64,000 bases of DNA from Eledone cirrhosa (GCA_964016885.1 OZ024744.1:126108001-126172000), one strand, 5' to 3'; shown: positions 12,830 to 24,529, counted from the stretch's first letter. Notes: a model not told the origin generated them from the letters alone. Numbers and translations: made by a program.

Positions 12830-13708
12830 GTAGGTCACTGGTTGAGTCGGTATTAACCACAGTAACTAAGGTACTCAATACATATTAGATATAGGTGTCT
12901 TTCTAATTGCTGGCCTTGTTCATAAGGTATACACAAGTATGATGTGTGTCTGTTTAACTGTACGTGTGAAAACATCGCGAAATTGCGCCTTTTAATATTT
13001 GAATATAAACAGTTAAAAAATAATTATTTTAGTAATTTTTAAATATCGATAATGTGTATATAAATATTAGAAATCAATTTAATTAGTTCAGTAACATTAC
13101 TCGGAGTTAAGATAAACCTTCATTTGAAGAAATTCGAGATTTGACCAAATAAATAGATTATGTGATCAATAAAAAAAATATGTATACGCGCTTGAACGAC
13201 GGGTTGCAGACAGTCAGGCATACAGACACATATTTTAAAGCGTGCGACTTTAAAAGTGTTACTCTCTCTCTTTTTAGATAGATAGACTTAATTAAAGCAG
13301 TTTCACTCTCTCTATATTTCATCAGCTCCCTCTCTCTTAAATTGAAAGATTCATTAAGGCTGAAATAATCTAAACAGTAACATCATGTTTCGCCAGCTCT
13401 AGCTTGCGTCCAGAGATATACACACACATATATATATATTTTTTTTGTTATCGAGTTGAGCTTTGCCAAGCATAGAATTCCAAATTTGACCATCTCCACT
13501 GAAAATGTTCGTGAAATAGTCTTTAAGAAGCAATTTAATTTTTTCCAACTGAAACTGTAAGTATTTTAAAATTTATTTCAACATGGTCTTAAAAGATTGT
13601 TGGCTTTTTTTAAATTCATAACTATTTACTATGAAATATAAATTATTAAATCCAATTTATTTGATAACCATGATTTGATTTTATAATTACCTGAATCACG
13701 TTAACATG

Positions 13709-13749
<41 letters not shown>

Positions 13750-14002
13750 GTGTGTGTATATATATATATATATAATAATTGTTTCTACGTTACGCAGTGT
13801 ATTACTGGTACTGTATTTTACGATATTAAATATTAAATATTAACTATTAGATATTAAATATTAAATATTAGATATTAGATATTAAATATTAAATATGATA
13901 TCCCTGAAATATATATAATGAAATAAATATGGTTTTATAAATGTAATTTCCATTTGTTTAATATCAAATATATATATATATATATATATGTATTTATGTA
14001 TA

Positions 14003-14056
<54 letters not shown>

Positions 14057-14282
14057 GCAGACACAGACACAGAATATCGTATATATCACACACACACAAT
14101 TAAGACTTGACGTGTTGCAGACAGCCAGACATACAGAGAGATATTTTAAAGCGTGCGACCTTAAATGCCTTACTCTTTCTCTTATCAAAAGAGAAAGAGT
14201 AATGCTAACACTTACGTCTACTTCACGCTCTCTTGAACCGTTACAGAAATTGCATCACATCTAATTATAACTTTGTACGTTT

Positions 14283-14312
14283 GTATATATATATATATAT
14301 ATATATACACAC

Positions 14313-14395
<83 letters not shown>

Positions 14396-14398
14396 CAC

Positions 14399-14442
<44 letters not shown>

Positions 14443-14475
14443 GTGTGTGTGTGTATATATATACACACACACGTG

Positions 14476-14537
<62 letters not shown>

Positions 14538-14588
14538 AATACACACACACGTGTGTGTGTATATATATATATATATACACACACACAC

Positions 14589-14634
<46 letters not shown>

Positions 14635-14677
14635 GTGTGTATATATATATATATACACACACACGTGTGTGTGTATA
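14283..14677. repeat. Self-complementary compound microsatellite (TA)n(CA)nCG(TG)n
   Basis: Directly visible; flanks the CR1 3' end. Confidence 0.95.
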
Positions 14678-17600
14678 TAATAATAATAATGAAATGATTG
14701 TGTACAGTGCTCAGGTGCACTACAACTCATCAAAGGTGCATGTATAGTACATAGAATAATGTACAAATGTCAGGAAAATAAACAGTGTATGAGTCATGAT
14801 ATAATAACAATAACAATAATGAAATATTGTGCACAGTGCCCAGGTACACCACAACCCATCAAAAAAGTGCATGTACAGTACATAGGGCAATGCACAAACA
14901 TCAGTAAAATGAACAGTGCACACATGTGTGCATGTGTATGGAAGGGGCACATCAGGTGTAGTTTTGGCGTATTTCGGGAAGCATGAGTGTCTTAAAGGAT
15001 GCAGTGTCTCGGCAGCTAACAATTGACGCAGGCAGTTTGTTCCATGTTTCAGCAACTCTGAGCGTGAAAAAATGTCTGCGAAAGTCATGGGAGCTGTGCT
15101 GTTTTCTTATCTTGTAGGCATGTCCACGTGTGTTAGACACATGGAGATCAAAGAGGCGCTCAGGGTTGCAGTTGGCGAGATGGTTAAAAACTTTGTGGGT
15201 ATTCACCAAGTCCACTGCCAGATGTCGGAGCTTCAATGAATCCATGCCCAGGGAAGCAAGGCGTTCAGAGTATGGTAGGTGTCTGATGGAGGGTATGCGC
15301 TTGGTTGCACGTCTCTGAACAGTTTCCAGGAGGTCAATGTTCCGAGCAAGATAGGGGTTCCAGACTGATGATGCGAATTCCAAGTGTGGTCGCACCATAG
15401 CTGTATACAGTTTTAAATAGATGGCTGGAGAGCGGCTAACAAAGGTCTTGCTGAGTGATGCCAAGACACCCTCGGCCTTCTTGACAATCTTAGAGACATG
15501 CTTTGTCCAACGCAAATCGTTGCCGACAGTAATGCCCAGGTCACGTTCACAAGAGGACTTTTTGATGTCAGTGTTGTGGAGGGAGTATGTGGACGCTGGA
15601 TTTTTCCTTCCAAAATGCATGGTGGTACACTTGTCCACAGCCAGCTTCAGTTGCCAGTCTGTGATCCATTGCTGCATTGTGTCCAGGTCTGATTTTAGGA
15701 AAGAGTTGTAAATTTCAGGATCAGTCCTTTTGATTTCAAGGTACAGCTTGATGTCATCTGCATATTTTAGTACCGTGGCATTCTGTAAGTTGGCATCTAT
15801 GTCATTAATATATGCCACAAACAAAAGAGGACCAAGAACAGATCCCTGTGGTACACCAGATGACATCTCATATGGTGAAGAATGCTGTCCTAGAACCGTG
15901 ACTACTTTCCTTCGGCTGAGAATGAAGGATTTCAGCCAGTCGAAAAGATCATCCCTCACACCCATTGCAGAGAGTTTTGCCATAAGTCTTTTGTGTGGCA
16001 CAGAATTAAAAGCCTTAGCAAAGTCAAGGTAAACAACATCCACCCATGAGCCGCTGTCAGTGATCCGGGTGATGTCCTCAAGGAACTCGATAAGCTGATC
16101 ACAGCAGCTGGAGTTAGGGATAAATCCAAACTGTGAGGGCCGGATGAGGCTGTGAGAGCTCCAGAAGTTCCAAAGTGTTTCTCTGACACAGGATTCCATC
16201 AGTTTGGCCATACAGCTAGTAAGACTGACTGGACGATAGTTGACAGGTGACATGCGGTTGCCCTTTTTGAACAGGGGAATGACACTGGCAGTTTTCCACT
16301 GCTCCGGAGTAGCACCATTGCTGAGACAGTATTGAAAGAAAAAAGAAAGCTGGCGCAAAAGGAAATCCCCGCCACGTTTGAGAAGCAGGTATGTCACACC
16401 ATCAAGACCAGGGGAGGCATAGTTGCGCTTATTCTTAAGGTGACGTCGCAACATTGCAGGTGTAAATTCCATAGTTGTTATGGAATTTGATGTTAGAGAT
16501 GGTGGAGATGGTACATTCTGGTTTTCAACAGTAAAAATACTTGCATAGCACTCAGCAATGAGTTCTGCGCATTCCTTGGGATCGTCAGTGATCTGGCTTG
16601 TGTGGGGATTGCGAAGAGGACCAACTGGAGAGTGAGGTCTCTGCTTTGAATGAACATATTTCCAGAACACCTTACTGTCAGGATTGGTTGCGATGCACTG
16701 TTCAAATTCAAGCACTGCCTTCTTTGTCACTTGCTTGAGATGGTTAGAAGATTTATTCCGCTTTTTTCTGTTGGCATCTGATCTATGCAGTTTATATTCC
16801 CGTTCAGCGTTCCGACGTTCTTTCCTGGCAAGTCGGACTGCTGAAGTTTCCCAGATTGCACTTTTGGGGTGGTTATTTTTCCGCTTCCGTGGCACTGATG
16901 CTGCACACGCTATCCATATTGAGTCCAGGATGCTCTGGAGTATAGAGTTCACATCTCCAGAGTTATACATCTCATGCCAGTTTGGGCGCTGTAGCTCAGT
17001 GCAGTACAAGTTCCAATCCGCCCTCTTCCAATCAAAGCAAGCAGATTGGAGATGGCTCTGGTTTTTGTTGCTGCCCTCAAGTGCCAGATTGGCAATGATC
17101 ATAGCATGATCAGAGTCGCCTAGAGGTTCCTCAGTAGTACAACTGATAACCACTTCAGGAGTAGTGGTGAAGATCAGGTCCAAAGTGTTGTCACCTCTTG
17201 TTGGAGAGGTGACTACTTGTGACCAGTTTGAGTCCAGCACTAGTTCAAGGAAATCGTTTGCACCCTGTGGCCAACGAAAGGTTTCCCAATCGATCTCAGG
17301 ATGATTGAAGTCACCTGCAATAAACACATAAGTGGCTGTTTTCTTGGCAGCAACTCTGAGGATATCGCAAAGCTGTGTGTCCTGATGGTAGTTTGGGGGG
17401 CGATAAACAACACCAAGCAGAAGTGTTGACATGGTCATACGTATGTCACAGAAAAAAACTTCTTCCTGTGATTCGTTCAAATCAACGCAAGGAATTACCG
17501 AAAAGTTTGAACGAACGTAGACCATCACACCACCACCACGGCGGTTAATGCGGTCCTTGCGGAAAAGGTTGTACCCAGTAATGGTGAAAACCCCATCACA

Positions 17601-17928
17601 GAGTAAGGAATGTGCCCATGTTTCCGTGACTGTGATGAAGTCAGGGTCGATGCTTCTGACGTAGGATTCGAACAGATGTATCTTGTTGCATAAACTGCGA
17701 GCATTTAAGGACAACAATTTGTACCCTGCTCGCAGTCTATGATGGTGTGTAGAGGGTGGCAGGTTGTTCTGGTTTAGTTTCCCAGAGTTGTAGCAGTTTT
17801 TACATTGCCAGTTATTGTGGGTAGATCACACTCAGACCAGCTGGTATCTCTCTTCCACGTTTCACCCGCCTTGACAAACCTCCAGATCTGCCCATCATCA
17901 CGCAGACTGAAACTTTCATCTTGTGCTG
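14678..17928 (-). mobile_element. CR1-clade LINE, 5'-truncated within ORF1, intact ORF2, 3' UTR with (ATT)n tail
   Basis: Probable ORF1 C-terminal remnant 17774-17928, ORF2 14952-17717, ~270-bp 3' UTR ending in ATT repeats; microsatellite on both sides. Confidence 0.9.
14952..17717 (-). CDS. LINE ORF2: apurinic-like endonuclease + reverse transcriptase (CR1 clade), 921 aa
   Basis: EN motifs NARS, VTETW, VYRPP, GDFN, LDLIF, SDH. RT motifs NYRPVSLTS, YLDFAKAF, GVPQGSVLGPLLF, YADD. CR1-type C-terminus RGH.YK...FF..RV...WNKLP. The called start is TTG, not ATG. Confidence 0.93.
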   Translation of the reverse strand: MLSLNARSLCNKIHLFESYVRSIDPDFITVTETWAHSLLCDGVFTITGYNLFRKDRINRRGGGVMVYVRSNFSVIPCVDLNESQEEVFFCDIRMTMSTLLLGVVYRPPNYHQDTQLCDILRVAAKKTATYVFIAGDFNHPEIDWETFRWPQGANDFLELVLDSNWSQVVTSPTRGDNTLDLIFTTTPEVVISCTTEEPLGDSDHAMIIANLALEGSNKNQSHLQSACFDWKRADWNLYCTELQRPNWHEMYNSGDVNSILQSILDSIWIACAASVPRKRKNNHPKSAIWETSAVRLARKERRNAEREYKLHRSDANRKKRNKSSNHLKQVTKKAVLEFEQCIATNPDSKVFWKYVHSKQRPHSPVGPLRNPHTSQITDDPKECAELIAECYASIFTVENQNVPSPPSLTSNSITTMEFTPAMLRRHLKNKRNYASPGLDGVTYLLLKRGGDFLLRQLSFFFQYCLSNGATPEQWKTASVIPLFKKGNRMSPVNYRPVSLTSCMAKLMESCVRETLWNFWSSHSLIRPSQFGFIPNSSCCDQLIEFLEDITRITDSGSWVDVVYLDFAKAFNSVPHKRLMAKLSAMGVRDDLFDWLKSFILSRRKVVTVLGQHSSPYEMSSGVPQGSVLGPLLFVAYINDIDANLQNATVLKYADDIKLYLEIKRTDPEIYNSFLKSDLDTMQQWITDWQLKLAVDKCTTMHFGRKNPASTYSLHNTDIKKSSCERDLGITVGNDLRWTKHVSKIVKKAEGVLASLSKTFVSRSPAIYLKLYTAMVRPHLEFASSVWNPYLARNIDLLETVQRRATKRIPSIRHLPYSERLASLGMDSLKLRHLAVDLVNTHKVFNHLANCNPERLFDLHVSNTRGHAYKIRKQHSSHDFRRHFFTLRVAETWNKLPASIVSCRDTASFKTLMLPEIRQNYT

Positions 17929-17991
17929 TATATATATATATATACACACGTGTGTGTGTATTTATGTATATATATATATATACACACACAC

Positions 17992-18035
<44 letters not shown>

Positions 18036-18165
18036 GTGTGTGTGTGTATATATATTTATATATATATACACACACGTGTGTGTATATATATATATATATA
18101 TACACGTGTGTGTGTATTTATATATATATATATATACACACACACGTGTGTGTATATATATATAT
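17929..18165. repeat. (TA)n(CA)nCG(TG)n compound microsatellite
   Basis: Directly visible; flanks the CR1 5' truncation. Confidence 0.95.
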
Positions 18166-18239
18166 CTGTCTCTCTCCCTGTCTCTCACTCTCCCTCTATC
18201 CCCCCTCTCTCTCTCTGTCTCTCTCTCCCCCCCCCCCCT

Positions 18240-18536
18240 CTCTCTCTCTAGTAGTAGAGAGAGACAAAGAGAGAGAGATATAAACGTATAACCCTAACCA
18301 AACCCTAACCCAACCCTAACCCCAACCCTAACCCTAACCTAACCCTAACCCATCTCTCTCTCTCTCTCACCCCCTCTCTCTCTCTCTAGTAGTAGAGAGA
18401 GAGACAAAGAGAGAGAGAGATATAAACGTATAACCCTAACCCAACCCTAACCTCTCTCTCTCTTCTCTCTCTCTCTCTCCCCTCTCTCTCTCTATTCCCC
18501 CCTCTCTATTTCCCCCCCCCCTCTCTCTCTAGTAGT

Positions 18537-18567
<31 letters not shown>

Positions 18568-18625
18568 TATAAACGTATAACCCTAACCCAACCCTAACCC
18601 TAACCCAACCCCAACCCTAACCCAT
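18240..18625. repeat. Three units of (CT)n-AGTAGT-(AG)n-TATAAACGTATA-(CCCTAA)-like repeats
   Basis: Directly visible; degenerate telomere-type hexamers. Confidence 0.85.
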
Positions 18626-18794
18626 CTCTCTCTCTCTCTCTCTCTCTCTCTTTGTTTTTAACATTGTTTTGTTTTTCTTTTCTTTTCTTATTCAGATGAC
18701 AAACGGCAGAGGATACAACAGAAGAAAAGAACAAAGATAATTATTATTATTATTACTATTATTATTTGTTTTATTATAATCAAAATATGCTGTT

Positions 18795-19480
18795 AGTTAG
18801 ATCTGCATTGCGTACATTTTATATAATTTATGCCAGTTCCTTTTCTGCATATCGAACATGGCCATTTCCCTGACGGAATAGAGTTTTGTCCTCTTTCGTG
18901 ACACAAAGTACAGCCAGCGGCATCATTGCGGACAGACTTAATCCCGAATTGCACTGACACACTGCCTCGCAATACGGAACACCGCACGTCTTTGATCTTC
19001 TTCCCGTCGATCAGCCTCCTTGCCATGCTAAGTACACCTGACGTCTAGCTTCTCTCTTAGCGGCGGCTTTATATTCTTCTCTACTCCCACTAATTTTCCA
19101 AGCATTCCATGCTAGCCTTTAGTCTCCAATGGCCCGATCTACCGTGCTGTCCCACCACCATGTCACTCTCTGTCTGGTTGGAACTCTGATCCAGCCACAA
19201 GTTTAATCAGTAGCCTGCAATAAGTTGTCACATAAGAAAATCGAGTTCTCATGTATGTCATACGACTGTGAATCGTCTTCTTTTTCGTCATACACATATT
19301 GAAGGGCTTTCCTAAATTTCTATTTTAGTGAAATCTCTTTTAGCTTCCAGACCTTTCTTTTTTCCACATCTTCCTGTATGTCTCAATCATACCTGGAGCT
19401 GTCCAACATGACCATTGAAATCCCCTGCTAGCATAACGATGTCTCCGTCCTGTCATTGTGGCTGTTTGTAAAAATTGCTT
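18795..19480 (-). mobile_element. Rearranged RTE-clade fragments
   Basis: SGKWPCSICRKG...KCTQC Cys motif and the reverse complement of the RVTWWWD block seen at 8040. Confidence 0.7.
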
Positions 19481-19859
19481 GTAAATGAAGTCTTTCTTTT
19501 CTTTACCTAGCAGAAGCAATTAACACTAACCCAACTGTAACACTAACCCTAACACTAACTTATGCAGGCCTAGGTAAAGACAAGAAAGATAAAACAAGGA
19601 GTGATGCTTCTTGAATTTTGTGATGCAAGTGTTTTAACCATTTGCAAAACCAACTTCCACAAACCTGCCTCACTGCCGCCTAATAACCTACAAATCAGGC
19701 AAGCACAGAAGCCGGATTTCTCGGTAGTTAGGCAGCGAGACAGACAGATGGGGTGTGAAGTACCAGGGTGTGCCCCGGGGAGGAATGTTTCCCACAGCGT
19801 GGGTTGGTTGTTGGTGATGTCTCGGTTATCTTGAGACGGAGTGAGACGTGCAGGAATAC

Positions 19860-20015
19860 TCTCACGGAATCGCCAAATGAGGTTTATTTTTCAACATAGT
19901 CCCTGGAATGAAACAATGTGGTTATTAAGAAGAATTGAAATTAATGTAAGATTTCACAGATCTATGATCAATCCTTCACAGTCAGCTTACAAAGTTTTCA
20001 GCCAAACCTTGTGTA
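19860..20015 (-). mobile_element. Second copy of the mariner-type MITE, inverted
   Basis: CCAAATGAGGTTTATTTTTCAACATAGTCCCTGGAA is the reverse complement of 9975-10010; ends TTTTCAGCCAAACCTTGTGTA. Confidence 0.7.
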
Positions 20016-20230
20016 TTTCCAACATTTCAAACCCTATCTAGGACTACATTATCTAATGTACAGTACAGTAGTTAGTATTAGTGGCTATCAGACATAGTGT
20101 ATCTAAATGCAACATTTTTAACATTGTTTTTTTTTTCTTTTCTTTTCTTTTCTTATTCAGATGACAGACGGCAGAGGATACAATAGAAGAAAAGAACAAT
20201 GATAATTATTATTATTATTATTGTTGTTAT

Positions 20231-20625
20231 TCCTTGAATCTCAGTCATTGATGTTGGTTAACTGGAAAGTCCGTTGGAATGAATATCAAGCCACTACCTG
20301 CAGCCTCAGATATTCAGGACGTATCGGAGGGTTCTTGCTGTTCCAAGCAAGCATGCCTTTTGAAGCGTTCCAAAAAGCGTGAAGGGGCCGATTTTCTTTA
20401 ACCATCCCTGGAAACTTTTGGAGATGGACAAAAAACTGGAACACAATAGACCTGACCTGGTGGTTGTGGACAAAGAAAAAAGATCGTGTCTGATTGTGGA
20501 TGTGGCCTGCCCGTTCAACACGAGAGTGCAAGAGAAGGAGAGGGAGAAAATTAACCGATACCAGGACCTAAAGTGGGAGGTGAAAAGGATTTGGAACTTC
20601 CATGAAGTCAAAGTGATCCCGATTG
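20231..20625 (-). mobile_element. Dong/R4-like RLE non-LTR retrotransposon 3' fragment with 5' inversion, in (TAA)n
   Basis: Minus strand 20306-20428 encodes the C-terminus SISKSF...LQKACLLGTARTLRYVL, then UTR and (TAA)n. Plus strand 20427-20625 encodes the RLE motif HNRPDLVVVD...IVDVACP...EKINRYQDL...VIPI. Confidence 0.8.
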
Positions 20626-20666
<41 letters not shown>

Positions 20667-20699
20667 TATTATTTGTTTTATTATAATCAAAATATGCTG

Positions 20700-21220
20700 T
20701 TAGTTAGATCTGCATTGTGTACATTTTATATAATTTATGCCAGTTCCTTTTCTACATATCGAACATGGCCATTTCCCTGACGGAATAGAGTTTTGTCCTC
20801 TTTTCTACTCATCAACACTCATTCGTGACACAAAGTACAGCCAGCGGCATCATTGCGGACAGACTTAATCCTGATTTGCACTGACACACTGCCTCGCAAT
20901 ACGGAACACCGCACGTCTTTGATCTTCTTCCCGTCGATCAGCCTCCTTGCCATGCAAAGTACACCTGACGTCTAGCTTCTCTCTTAGCGGCGGCGGCTGT
21001 ATATTCTTCTCTACTCCCACTAATTTTCCAAGCATTCCATGCTAGTCTTTAGTCTCCAATGGCCCGATCTACAGTTTCTGTCTCAACTCGTCTATGCTTG
21101 GTCGTTCCCGCACATTGACATTGCACATCCAACGGAGCATGCTTGCTTCATTTCTCTCCAGCCGTCGCATGTCCTCTGCAGTTGCTGCCCGTGTCTCACT
21201 ACCATGCAGCATCGCGCATC
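20700..21220 (-). mobile_element. RTE-clade fragments (paralogous to 18795-19140)
   Basis: Near-identical to 18795-19140, plus AMLHGSET...LERNEASMLRWMC. Confidence 0.7.
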
Positions 21221-21264
21221 TAAACCTGGCCCTTACCCTAACCCCAACCTCTTTGGTTTTCGTT

Positions 21265-22100
21265 TTCTCGACGGCTAGCCGCATTTCGTGATCCGCCTTT
21301 CGATTGCGCTTCCGTCGCGGCAAAAGAATTGCCTTTCCAGACCGCCGTCGCCCGACCGGACCCATGATAGAAGACGTTCGTTACCGTTGGAGCAACGCAA
21401 ATTACTCCTCGGTTGACGCCAAAAACGAACGCCTTCCCGCCTCGCGCCGCCTTCTCCTCGCCGACCCTCGGCCTCGACGATTAGCCACTTTCCGTCACAG
21501 CAGTAGATACGCGTCCGTCGTAATAGCCGTCATTTTAACGCAGGAGAAACGCCTAATTGCCCTGCACCGCGTTTGACGGCGATCTACGACGGCGACGATG
21601 CGCGCACTCTTCCTTGCTGCGACGAAGGTTTCGGCTTTTCGTCGTGGACCCGGTCAGGTCATGCCGCTGACCTCGCGTTACGGCGACGCGAGAAGACGTT
21701 CGTTACCGCTGGAGCAACGCAAATTACTCCTCGGTTGACGCCAAAAACGAACGCCTCGCGCCGCCGCTTCCTCCTCGGCCTCGACGATTAGCCGCTTTCC
21801 GTCACAGCAGTAGATACGCGTCCGTCGTAATAGCCGTCATTTTAACGCAGGAGAAACGCCTTGACGACGATATACGACGGGTCGACGACGCGCGCACTCT
21901 TTCTGCTGCGACGAAGGTTTTGGCTTTTCGTTGTGGACCCGGTCGGGTCATGCCTCTGACCTCGCGTTGCGTCGCCACCGCCGCGGCGGGCTTGGGTTTA
22001 GCCGTAGCTACCCTCGTTTTGCCAACGGCGACGCGAGAAGACGTTCGTTACCGCTGGAGCAACGCAAATTACTCCTCGGATGAGGCCAAAAACGAACGCT
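21265..22100 (+). repeat. Diverged copy of the rDNA-spacer/ETS-like module
   Basis: Matches the 172-bp unit and 29511-29820 (e.g. GGAGCAACGCAAATTACTCCTCGG, CGTCGTAATAGCCGTCATTTTAA) in about two rearranged copies; no 18S follows. Confidence 0.85.
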
Positions 22101-22178
22101 GAAGAGATATTGTCCATGGATATCGGGAATTTTACCCGCCCTAGATAGATAGATAGATAGGGATGTATGTATGTATGT

Positions 22179-22220
<42 letters not shown>

Positions 22221-22599
22221 GTATGTATCTTTCTCATTCTCTCTGTATGTATGTATGTATGTATATATATATAATTATATATTTATAGACATCCTGAAAG
22301 CTTTTTAAATGTCTGAGAGATTGGCTAAATATGTTTTGCAGGTATGACCAGTAAGAGAGAGGTAAGTTATTTCAAAACAATTCTTTGACCATTATTTTAA
22401 GGTACTATCTCAGTGTATTTTTAAATTGACCTCTTGATAGGATGAAATGACCTGTATAATTTTTTTCATATTTAGATGGAATAGAAGAAAAACAAGAAAA
22501 ATGAAATGAATTCAAACAGAAAATATACACCAATGCCAATGGAGGTATGATTTCAGTTTAATCTTAACCTAATGACCACTTTACAGAGTGTACTGGATA

Positions 22600-22684
<85 letters not shown>

Positions 22685-23142
22685 AGGAAGCTCCAACCGT
22701 TAAGGTTGTCTTTCCATTTATTAATATATTGTGTATTTACTCCACTAAACTGTTGAGTGCTTTATATCAGTTATAAAAAAATTTCAGCTTGTTGAATCCC
22801 AAAATAGTTGTTGAAACAGCCACAGCTCAGCCGTCGGGGTCCTGAATATTTATCATATATATATACGTATGAGTGTGTGTGTTTTGAGAATTAATAATTA
22901 TATAAACAAGTTTGTAATGAACAATTTATTTCTTATCAAAACTGTATAAACATGATATTATTTACAGTAAGAATAACAATAATAATGATGGTTTCTAGTA
23001 AAGGTGGAAGGCCAGTAATTTGGGGGAGGGGAAAGTTGATTAAATCGAAGAGAGAAAGAAAGAAGAAACAGAACGGGAAGGAGAGGGGATGGCAAGAGGT
23101 CCGGTGTCGCAGGAGAGAGGGGAGGGTGGTTGAGCTTTGAGT

Positions 23143-23630
23143 CTAGGGCAAGAGGGCAGAAATGCTGCGCCCCACGGATAAGACGGCAAAAATATTCTCG
23201 CGGACGATGGCCAGAGATACCCAATGCAACAACCACCCAACCTCGCGGTGTTCCCTCCTCAGATGGGCTGCTGACTCTCCGATCTTTTGGAGGAGCTCGG
23301 CAGTACAAGGTCCAAGTACTCCTGGGGTCTCGACGTTGACTGGTGCAGAGAGGAAGTGGCCGGACAATCCTCGGTATTTGTTTATTTTACGTTCTTCTGC
23401 GAGGTGGGCTGCGATGCCGGGGTTTGTGACCGAAACGACTTGGAAACGAAGTTGTAGGCGGAGATTGTGTCGTAGCTGGTGGTGTCCCAGATGAGGGACC
23501 TACGTCCTTCGAATGGGAAGAGAGTGATTCCGTCGGGGCGCTTGCCATCTCCGGGACCTGTTGGCCCCAGTTGTGATGGGAAGCCAGCTGCGTCCAGGCT
23601 TCTTCTCAATATGTCGTTGACAACGACGTG
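23143..23630 (-). mobile_element. CRE-like RLE non-LTR retrotransposon C-terminal fragment (pseudogenised)
   Basis: NDILRRSL...DGKRPDGITLFPF..G.SLIWDTT..DT, then frameshifted P.NVET.GVLG...SLAIVREN. Confidence 0.7.
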
Positions 23631-24174
23631 TATCTATTCAATAATTATTTGAATATTGAAATTTTAGGTTTAACTACCTTTTAAACCAAATACATTAAGA
23701 AAGGCATGACCAACACCACATCATTTTTATTTCTATTTTGAAAGTAGGTTTATAAGTATTAAATTTCAGTAGATTCTTATATCCTTCATGGTGGTCTGGT
23801 GGGAGATACGAGAGATGGTGGAGGTTCTGGTCTGGGGTTCAATCCTGCTCAGGAGATACTCTAAGGGGGTTCATACTAAACTTCTTCAGTGTTTCTTATC
23901 TCTAGAGACAAATATATATACATAAGGTAATCTGGTAAAGTTGTTAGAACATCACATAGAATTCTTTGTAGTATTTTTTCCAGTTCTTCAATCTGAGTTC
24001 AACTTTACTTTTCTTCCATTCGGGGTTGATAATAACGTACCAGTCAAATACTAGGGGTTAATTCTTCCTCTATATCTCTTTCTCACTCTCTGTCTGTTTT
24101 ATTAAGACCTGGAGAGGTGATGTACTCTACCAGGTTTTATAATGAGTGATGGGGTCATACCTGCCTGCTACACC

Positions 24175-24500
24175 TCTGTGTACTAAGTGTAGCATATTAT
24201 ATCCTTGTTCAGGGCCTTCCTGACATTACTGTGTACTAAGGGTAGCATTTTATATCCTTGTTCAGGGCCATCTTAACATTGCTGTGTACTAAGTGTAGCA
24301 TATTATATCCTTGTTCGGGGCCTTCCTGACATTAGTGTGTACTGAGTGTAGATTTTAACATCCTTGTTCTGGGCCTTCCTAACATTACTGTGTACTGAGT
24401 GTAGATTTTAACATCTTTGTTCAGAGCCTTCCTTACATTACTGTGTACTAAGTGTAGCATTTCATATACTTGTTCTGGGCCTTCCTAACGTTACTGTGGA
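24175..24500 (+). repeat. 54-bp minisatellite, ~6 units
   Basis: CTGTGTACTAAGTGTAGCAT...GGGCCTTCCT recurring. Confidence 0.9.
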
Positions 24501-24529
24501 AATAGTAGTTTATATCCAATATGTAATAT

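Noticed and set aside
18248-18262. Polinton/Maverick terminus (AGTAGT/AGAGAG)
   Set aside because: No long TIR partner and no polB or integrase remnants; embedded in simple repeats
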